Sequence record: MF459647.1
Strand: one strand, 5' to 3'
Length of the DNA: 64,000 nucleotides
Position numbers and translations under genes: made by a program. This document shows, piece after piece, positions 56,791-63,215 of this stretch (position 1 is the stretch's first letter; every line of letters starts with the position of its first letter). Below the pieces are notes generated by a model that worked only from the letters and a program-made list of their open reading frames with translations, did not search any database and was not told where the DNA came from.

Positions 56791-58311
56791 ATGGCAGATA
56801 AGAAAAAGAAACTTGCTCCGGTCACCAGTAATTTGAAAGAGGACGTAGATGCGGCAATCAATGAAGCCGCTGCAGAGATCGTCGCCGAGTCGATTACCCA
56901 GAAAGCTATCGCTGCGGTAATGGACAAATCTGATGAGGTCATTGCCAACACCGTGACCGATGTACTTGAAATCGTGGAAGAAGACGAAACCACAGGTTCT
57001 GTTCGTGGTCGTCTTAAGAAGAAGTACACCGAACCGAAAGGGCTGGCAAACGGCCGTCTGCAATTAGACACCGGTTCAGGCGAACTCAGCGTACAGCGCG
57101 ACAAAGTAAAAGACGTGCTGGAAACCTACCCGCTGGTATCTATCTACGGTGTGGAGCTGAAGCCGGTGGGTGAAAAGCTGTCGTTTGGTGAAGTCATCGG
57201 TTATGACTCTGTCCTCGGCAACTATACTCGCAACCAGCACCGCATGGTGCGTTATCTCCCGGTAGGCGGCGGAAGCAAATTCCACCATTTCGCCTTTGTG
57301 CTGAATGGTACTACCACACACCTGTTCATTACTGATGGTTCGTCCTACGTCGTTAATGACAAAAACAACACCTACTACTACGCTCGCAATAAGGGCACCA
57401 TTGCGGCGGCCATCATCGTTAACAGCAAACTCACCAACGTGTTGCTGGAAGGCGGTAGCATGACCTACAACGCCATCATTGACGAAACCACACTGAACGA
57501 CTCCATTGTGGTAACGCTCGATAAAGAAGAGATGGCCCGCAATCACGTGGCCGGCAACGATGGCATGTACCGTCGTGGACATCAGTATTTCGACATCCAC
57601 GGCACCGACAATCAAATGACCACGGTTGATGAGTGTCACCTGACGCGTACAGATGTGGTTAACTGCCAGATTACTAAGGTGAACGCCACTCAGACCAATA
57701 TGGCCAACACGGTAATCCGCAATAACAAGCAAACCTGCCTGATCGACACCACCATCGGTAACAGCGTAATTGACGGCGCGTTCTATTTTGAAGCACGTCG
57801 TTCGTCGCTGGCCGTTAGCATCAACGCAACCCATCGCGTTGAACTCAGCAATGTGCGTCTCTACGGTGGTAACTTCCACCATATACCGTATGAAATACAG
57901 GTTGAGTCGCCGTTTGGTATCACGAAGATCTCCTGGATGGACGATACCAAAGTTCGCATGTTGACCAGCAAAGACGGTGTCGTGCTGGAGATTCCACAGA
58001 ACAACGTGGAGAGCTACGCCGATCGCTTCCTGTTCATTCCTTACGATCAGCCGGAACAATCGCATGCTCAGCTTCGTGGTTGGCAACCGCCGCATGTTGA
58101 ACAACTGATCACCGAACATATGCGCTTCTACCGTAACGGCAAGCGTTTGCCAAAACCAGACCTGATTCAGCAAAGCTTCTTAACGTATCTGATCGATACC
58201 GTTAACAGCCGCCTTAAAGTGCTGAGCCTGCTGGAAGCGGTGAAACATAACCGCCACACGGTTGCCCCAGGGTTAAACCGAGGTGACCACGACGACTACC
58301 TGCCGTTCTAA
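56791..58311 (+). CDS. Hypothetical protein with beta-solenoid-like central region
   Basis: AAGGA RBS. 506 aa. N/T/V/I-rich pseudo-repeats (TRTDVVNCQITKVNATQTNMANTVIRNN...DTTIGNSVI). Confidence 0.7.
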   Translation: MADKKKKLAPVTSNLKEDVDAAINEAAAEIVAESITQKAIAAVMDKSDEVIANTVTDVLEIVEEDETTGSVRGRLKKKYTEPKGLANGRLQLDTGSGELSVQRDKVKDVLETYPLVSIYGVELKPVGEKLSFGEVIGYDSVLGNYTRNQHRMVRYLPVGGGSKFHHFAFVLNGTTTHLFITDGSSYVVNDKNNTYYYARNKGTIAAAIIVNSKLTNVLLEGGSMTYNAIIDETTLNDSIVVTLDKEEMARNHVAGNDGMYRRGHQYFDIHGTDNQMTTVDECHLTRTDVVNCQITKVNATQTNMANTVIRNNKQTCLIDTTIGNSVIDGAFYFEARRSSLAVSINATHRVELSNVRLYGGNFHHIPYEIQVESPFGITKISWMDDTKVRMLTSKDGVVLEIPQNNVESYADRFLFIPYDQPEQSHAQLRGWQPPHVEQLITEHMRFYRNGKRLPKPDLIQQSFLTYLIDTVNSRLKVLSLLEAVKHNRHTVAPGLNRGDHDDYLPF

Positions 58312-58322
58312 ACTGCGCTGAC

Positions 58323-58346
58323 CCAGTGGGGGTAATTCCCCACTGG
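58323..58346 (+). terminator. Hairpin (possible terminator or processing site)
   Basis: CCAGTGGGG-GTAATT-CCCCACTGG. Confidence 0.55.
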
Positions 58347-58383
58347 TGAGGTTATCTTTATGATAACCAAGAAGGAATGATTC

Positions 58384-58932
58384 ATGACCTGGCATAAAGG
58401 TAAAAACAAGAAACACTGGCACAAGAAACGAAAGCCCTCTCCCAAGCCGGAGTACCCGCCACCTAAACCGGGCGAAGTGTGGTACAACGTGCACACGGAC
58501 GGCAGTTCGTTAGGTAACCCCGGGCCGGGCGGTTACGGTTGTGTTGTGCGACTGGGAGACACCAAGCTCACGTTATCCAAAGGTTACCACCTGACTACCA
58601 ACAACCGCATGGAAATCATGGCCGTGATAGCAACGTTGGAAGAGTTCGGGCCTAATAAACGGTTTAATATCTTTCTCGATTCTCAATACACAATGGATGG
58701 TGCGACAGGGTGGATATTCGGCTGGAAGAAACGTAACTGGATGACGGGACAAGGTGAACCGGTTAAGAACAAGGACTTGTGGGAACAGCTGTACGACCTG
58801 CTCAAAGAGAATGAGGTCCGCTGGCACAAAGTCCCTGCTCACTCCGGGGTTCCTGATAACGAAGAAGCTGACCAATTGGCCAAAGCAGCCGCAGGCAGCG
58901 CGACGGATACCGATTACGGATACTTAAAGTAA
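58384..58932 (+). CDS. rnhA: Ribonuclease HI
   Basis: HTDGSSLGNPGPGGYG, TTNNRMEIMA, FLDSQY, VKNKDLW, WHKVPAHSGVPDNEEADQLA. Confidence 0.95.
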   Translation: MTWHKGKNKKHWHKKRKPSPKPEYPPPKPGEVWYNVHTDGSSLGNPGPGGYGCVVRLGDTKLTLSKGYHLTTNNRMEIMAVIATLEEFGPNKRFNIFLDSQYTMDGATGWIFGWKKRNWMTGQGEPVKNKDLWEQLYDLLKENEVRWHKVPAHSGVPDNEEADQLAKAAAGSATDTDYGYLK

Positions 58933-59026
58933 TCACCGTCGATACATTCTACAGGGGATATATTCCAATAAAGTCCCCTTTTATTTTTTGATTGTACACT
59001 TCAATTGTTTTCACAAAGGAAATACC

Positions 59027-59578
59027 ATGCAAACTCCTTCAATGTCTCTCGAGGGGAAAGAACTCGTTTTCAATTGGGAGCATGACGAGAAACCTGTGAG
59101 CTTCCGTGTCGAACAGGCTAAGTTCATTCAGCTCGTATGCAAAGCTTGCCGTACGCCGCTGCCGTTGGTGGATGTCTCTAAAGCCTATCAGTGCCAGTGT
59201 GGCGCTGAAATCCAACCGGACGGATTAAATCACCGTGCTGAAGATTATGGCCGGTGGGTAAGCTACCTTGGGACATGGCGTTGTAAAGACAACTACCAGA
59301 TTCTGCTGAAAGACGGACAGGTCATTGACTATGTCTATCCTAACGGCGGGAGCTGGTATCCGGTTACTGACGCCGCCCATAAAGCCGCCAAACCTGAAGG
59401 CCGTTACCTCGATGAAGAGGTGCTGGCTATTCGTCTGGTTCCGGACAACGAACTCAAGTCGCGTTTTGAGTTCACCGGTAAACAACGTCTTGAGCGTAAT
59501 GTCGATTACTTCGGTGACGCATTCCCTGCACAAGACCGGGTAATTAACCTGAACGGACAATACGGAATCTTAGTGTGA
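59027..59578 (+). CDS. Hypothetical zinc-ribbon protein
   Basis: AAGGA RBS before ATG 59027. CKAC...CQCG. Confidence 0.7.
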   Translation: MQTPSMSLEGKELVFNWEHDEKPVSFRVEQAKFIQLVCKACRTPLPLVDVSKAYQCQCGAEIQPDGLNHRAEDYGRWVSYLGTWRCKDNYQILLKDGQVIDYVYPNGGSWYPVTDAAHKAAKPEGRYLDEEVLAIRLVPDNELKSRFEFTGKQRLERNVDYFGDAFPAQDRVINLNGQYGILV

Positions 59579-59757
59579 CGTTAGAGCTCGACGTACTCGT
59601 CTTTATCTGGGTGTACGGGTGCTTGGGTGCAGCATTGATTAAGAAAATCAAATACGACCCGGGAACACCGTACTGGAAAATCTTTCTGATGTACGTGTCG
59701 TTACCGTTAACCTGTGTAGTGTGGGTTGGGGTACGATTGGTGCGTTGGATATTTTAA
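59575..59757 (+). CDS. Small two-TM membrane protein
   Basis: GTGA overlap. Two hydrophobic segments separated by KKIKYDPG. Confidence 0.6.
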   Translation: MTLELDVLVFIWVYGCLGAALIKKIKYDPGTPYWKIFLMYVSLPLTCVVWVGVRLVRWIF

Positions 59758-59766
59758 GAGGTAGCA

Positions 59767-60141
59767 GTGGAAAAGTATAAATACCTTTTGGGACAGACCT
59801 CGTCCCTGAATCAGGTGTTCGTGGTGTTGTCCTCAGCATCCACGTTCACGCACGCAGAACTGGCGTTTAAGTTGGGCATTACTGACATTGTGTCTCAAGG
59901 CGAGTTGCTCTCTACCGACCCGGCGTTTACGCTACCGGCCAGTGAAGCAGCACACCAGGGTGCAATTGATGCATTGCCGGACGATCGTTTCTTTACCGCG
60001 GATGTTCCTCATTTTAGTTTTGCTCACCACATCTATCTGAACGTGGCTGAAATCGACGAAGATGAGTTTCACTACCGTCTGAGAAACATGAGTTCGGCAA
60101 CGCTTCCAGAATCTGGCTTTACCTTTGCTTCACCTTTATAA
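59767..60141 (+). CDS. Hypothetical protein
   Basis: GAGGT RBS with GTG start. Followed by a terminator. Confidence 0.65.
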   Translation: MEKYKYLLGQTSSLNQVFVVLSSASTFTHAELAFKLGITDIVSQGELLSTDPAFTLPASEAAHQGAIDALPDDRFFTADVPHFSFAHHIYLNVAEIDEDEFHYRLRNMSSATLPESGFTFASPL

Positions 60142-60143
60142 CC

Positions 60144-60177
60144 TATTACCCTGCCTCCGTAAGGGGGTGGGGTAATA
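60144..60177 (+). terminator. Terminator-like hairpin, GTAA tetraloop
   Basis: TATTACCCTGCCTCC-GTAA-GGGGGTGGGGTAATA. Confidence 0.75.
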
Positions 60178-60227
60178 TAAAGTTTTACCTCCCTCTTTAT
60201 ATCTATGCGAAAAACAAGGAATACATC

Positions 60228-60494
60228 ATGAATAACGAAACCACCGCTGTAGACGTTCCCGCTCCATTAACCAAAGGTCAGCTGTTGGCCCGTCTTGACC
60301 GCTACGGTCCGGAATACTCTTTCCATAAAGACTTGGTCGCTATCGCCGATTTGGCTGATACGTTGTATACCCGCATGGCCATCAGCCGTAGCCGCCAGCA
60401 CAACATTCAGATTCGTGCGGCGCTGTCTAAATTAAGCGTGGCTGTCGATTGGACAGTTACCGTGTTGAAACAAGATATTGTAAGTTACGAATAA
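60228..60494 (+). CDS. Hypothetical protein
   Basis: AAGGA RBS. 88 aa. First gene of the sspB-folA-acb1 operon. Confidence 0.7.
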   Translation: MNNETTAVDVPAPLTKGQLLARLDRYGPEYSFHKDLVAIADLADTLYTRMAISRSRQHNIQIRAALSKLSVAVDWTVTVLKQDIVSYE

Positions 60495-60503
60495 GGACAC
60501 GTC

Positions 60504-60965
60504 ATGGAAAACGTATACTTGCCTGGATTGCGTAATGCCCTGATGCTGGCATTCATTGAAGAAGCCCGCAGTACCGGTAATCAGGTCTACCTGACGTTAA
60601 ACGCCCGTCGTTTAACTGACCCCGTATTAGCGCCGTACATCAAAGACGGTGTCTTGACCATGAACGTGGCCATTCGTGCTACACCGGGTTATGACGTCGA
60701 ACCCGAGTTCCTGATTCTGCATTCTTCCTTTAATGGAAAGAAAGCCCAGGTCTTTGCGTACTACGATGACGTGATGATGATTGTGGCTTATGACGAAACC
60801 CGTCAACCACGCGCCATGTTCCACATCACTGACCACCATCAGGTTTCTATTCAGATGGAGAATATCAACGCTGCAGCTTTTACGGAAACCAATCCGTTAG
60901 AAGCTGTAAACGAAGAAACTCCACCGCCAGCTAAAGAGCGTCCCAAACTCTCTGTAGTTAAATAA
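60504..60965 (+). CDS. sspB: SspB-like ClpXP adaptor
   Basis: YIKDGVLTMNVAIRAT...SFNG aligns with SspB YARDGQIVLNIAPRAV...RFGG. C-terminal RPKLSVVK matches the ClpX-binding RPALRVVK. Confidence 0.85.
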   Translation: MENVYLPGLRNALMLAFIEEARSTGNQVYLTLNARRLTDPVLAPYIKDGVLTMNVAIRATPGYDVEPEFLILHSSFNGKKAQVFAYYDDVMMIVAYDETRQPRAMFHITDHHQVSIQMENINAAAFTETNPLEAVNEETPPPAKERPKLSVVK

Positions 60966-60974
60966 GGGTGCCGT

Positions 60975-61319
60975 ATGCGTAAATGGTTTTCTGTATTAGG
61001 GCGCTACATTGCTGCCCAATACCAGCTTGGGTTAAAACGTATTCTTCTTAATCACCATATGCGTCGCCTCATTAAGAAAGAGGACCGCATTATTCAAGAG
61101 TTCGAAAGGGCGCTGACGGCACAAGGTAAAGCTTTGCGTAACCGGGGATATTTGTCCCGCCAAAGCCTGAAACACCTTACGCTCCATCTGGCAGATGAGC
61201 TGCACATGCAGAAGTGTCAGATTCGGAAAGTGACGGTAGAACTCATTGACGGTGATTTCTTTATTGATTTAGAGATCGCCACCCATAACCGAACCGTGAA
61301 ACGAATGGTCATCGTGTGA
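60975..61319 (+). CDS. Hypothetical basic protein
   Basis: 114-aa ORF tightly packed in the operon. Confidence 0.65.
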   Translation: MRKWFSVLGRYIAAQYQLGLKRILLNHHMRRLIKKEDRIIQEFERALTAQGKALRNRGYLSRQSLKHLTLHLADELHMQKCQIRKVTVELIDGDFFIDLEIATHNRTVKRMVIV

Positions 61320-61326
61320 GGACAAC

Positions 61327-61905
61327 ATGAAAGTATCCATGATTCTAGCTATGGACCGCAACTGTTTAATTGGGAAAGGCGACCAGCTTCCCTGGCGTCA
61401 CCCGGAAGACCTGTTGTGGTTCAAACAGCAAACCATCGACAAACCGATTCTCATGGGACGTACGACCTATGAAGGATTAGGGCGTCCATTACCAAACCGC
61501 CCCAACATCGTGCTGAGTCGTGCTGACACTAACTTAGTGGGTGATGTAGCACGGGTGCAGTCGTATGAAGACGCACACTACCTGGCTAAGCAGTTGGGTT
61601 ATGATGAGCTGATGATTATCGGCGGCAAGCAGGTGTATGAGTCACTGATTGACCATGCTGACTGTATCTACGTCACGGTCATCGATCACGACTACAACGG
61701 TGACGTCCATATGACCCATCCGTTGTTCGAAGCATTGGCTGGTCGGGACCTCTCTGAGAAGAACCCGGCCTTTACCAATCTCGGCTTTGATCGGTTGTTT
61801 ACTCGCGACGGTGACGTGAGACATGTGTGGGATGTCGAGGTGTTGAACCGTGTCCTTAGCAATGATGTTATGCTCAATTTTGTGAAGCTAACACGTTGCC
61901 ATTAA
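61327..61905 (+). CDS. folA: Dihydrofolate reductase
   Basis: IGKGDQLPW..PED...FK, ILMGRTTYE, RPLPNRPNIVLSR, IIGGKQVY. Confidence 0.95.
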   Translation: MKVSMILAMDRNCLIGKGDQLPWRHPEDLLWFKQQTIDKPILMGRTTYEGLGRPLPNRPNIVLSRADTNLVGDVARVQSYEDAHYLAKQLGYDELMIIGGKQVYESLIDHADCIYVTVIDHDYNGDVHMTHPLFEALAGRDLSEKNPAFTNLGFDRLFTRDGDVRHVWDVEVLNRVLSNDVMLNFVKLTRCH

Positions 61906-61914
61906 GGAAAGGAT

Positions 61915-62349
61915 ATGGGTCTGGGTTACATCGACGTTAAGCTCGATTCCAAGCAAGAAGATGACTTGATTCGGGACTTAACAACTTTAGGGATTAAAGC
62001 TCTACCAAAAGGGAAGTACCACTGTACTGTCATTTATGACAAACGTGAGGAACTTGATAAGCCGCTGTGCGACATCGACCCTGAGCAAGTCTTTGAAGCA
62101 CACGTCGTGGAGGTTAAACCACTCGGAGATGCCCTGGTCTTTACTATGACGTCTAAAGATATCTATGATGAATTTAGACGATTGCAGGAAGCCGGATATC
62201 AGCACAGTTTCCCTGAGCTGTTGGTTCACATGTCAATTTGCTACGACTTCAGTGCGTACGACAAGTTGAAGGTGGAACAGTTCATGGGCCGATGGATAGG
62301 CCGCAACATTCAGTTCTCTCGCGAATCGTTACAACCCGTTAAGTATTGA
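61915..62349 (+). CDS. acb1: Acb1-like 2H phosphodiesterase (anti-CBASS candidate)
   Basis: Two HxT/S motifs (KYHCTVIY, VHMSICY). End-to-end resemblance to T4 gp57B/Acb1 as recalled. Confidence 0.75.
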   Translation: MGLGYIDVKLDSKQEDDLIRDLTTLGIKALPKGKYHCTVIYDKREELDKPLCDIDPEQVFEAHVVEVKPLGDALVFTMTSKDIYDEFRRLQEAGYQHSFPELLVHMSICYDFSAYDKLKVEQFMGRWIGRNIQFSRESLQPVKY

Positions 62350-62354
62350 TGCTC

Positions 62355-62386
62355 CCCTGCCCTCGTCCTACGGGACGGGGGTGGGG
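62355..62386 (+). terminator. Terminator-like hairpin
   Basis: CCCTGCCCTCGTCC-TACG-GGACGGGGGTGGGG with G-U pairs. Confidence 0.7.
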
Positions 62387-62400
62387 TTAATCTATAAGAA

Positions 62401-62426
62401 ATTTCATCTCTAAATTATTATCGTGT
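62401..62426 (+). promoter_or_regulatory. Conserved 26-bp motif copy 5 (more diverged)
   Basis: ATTTCATCTCTAAATTATTATCGTGT. Confidence 0.5.
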
Positions 62427-62472
62427 ATGTAGACCACCTATATACACTTATCCAATCAAGAGGACACAAGTA

Positions 62473-63042
62473 ATGAAAAAGAAAGCGACACATAAATTCT
62501 TCCCTAACGGTAAACAAGTGGGTGAAACCGTTTCTGCGTGTTTAAACAACATGGTGTGGGTTGCTGGGAGTCACGGCGTATTACCGCCGAACATGAATGT
62601 CACTGCGCCGTTCATGCTTACCGCCACTGACCGCATGATGGTGAAGAACTCCGTGTGCAATATCTTGATCGACAATGAAGCCAGCTGGCAGTTAATTCTG
62701 GTGGCCGCTTTCGACAATGCCAAATCCCGCTCTTACGTAACGGCGGATATCCATTTGAATCAATGGACCTTGGCTGAAGTTGGGCAGAAGATTATGGAAA
62801 TCTGTGAAGTCACGGTTCGCAAGATGGAAGAGGTGTTCTACGGTGAAGGCGCGGTTAACCTAAACGATATTCACCACTATGGTTACATGCTGTCGCCTAC
62901 GCAGGGTCTGAATACTGACGTAGTCGAAGAGCGGTTAATCGATGCGTTACAAACGGGTAGCTTTGACCACTACGACTGGAAGTCCCGTCCGGTCATTACC
63001 CCCAAAGACTTTATTGACTCTATCGCGGCTGTGAAGATTTAA
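62473..63042 (+). CDS. Hypothetical protein
   Basis: GAGGA RBS. 189 aa. Confidence 0.75.
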   Translation: MKKKATHKFFPNGKQVGETVSACLNNMVWVAGSHGVLPPNMNVTAPFMLTATDRMMVKNSVCNILIDNEASWQLILVAAFDNAKSRSYVTADIHLNQWTLAEVGQKIMEICEVTVRKMEEVFYGEGAVNLNDIHHYGYMLSPTQGLNTDVVEERLIDALQTGSFDHYDWKSRPVITPKDFIDSIAAVKI

Positions 63043-63052
63043 GATATAGAAA

Positions 63053-63078
63053 TGTTCACGTCTATATAGTTAGGGTGA
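63053..63078 (+). promoter_or_regulatory. Conserved 26-bp motif copy 6 (putative early promoter)
   Basis: TGTTCACGTCTATATAGTTAGGGTGA, followed by GAATAA...TTATTC as in copy 3. Confidence 0.6.
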
Positions 63079-63143
63079 ATAAGTAATACATATTTATTCT
63101 TATAATAACGATATTGACAGTTAATCTACTGGAGATAAAAATC

Positions 63144-63215
63144 ATGGCAAAAGAAAGATTACCTGAGGTACTATTATGGATTACAACATTGAGGATATTT
63201 TACCAGAACGAGTGA
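63144..63215 (+). CDS. 23-aa upstream ORF overlapping the HNH gene start
   Basis: GGAG RBS, then ATG 63144. Reads MAKERLPEVLLWITTLRIFYQNE*. Confidence 0.3.
   Translation: MAKERLPEVLLWITTLRIFYQNE

Noticed and set aside
57076-58173. 365-aa antisense ORF
   Set aside because: In-register shadow of 56791..58311.
63144-63215. Programmed frameshift joining the uORF to the HNH frame
   Set aside because: No canonical slippery heptamer between the upstream in-frame TGA and the uORF stop, and the HNH has its own RBS and ATG.
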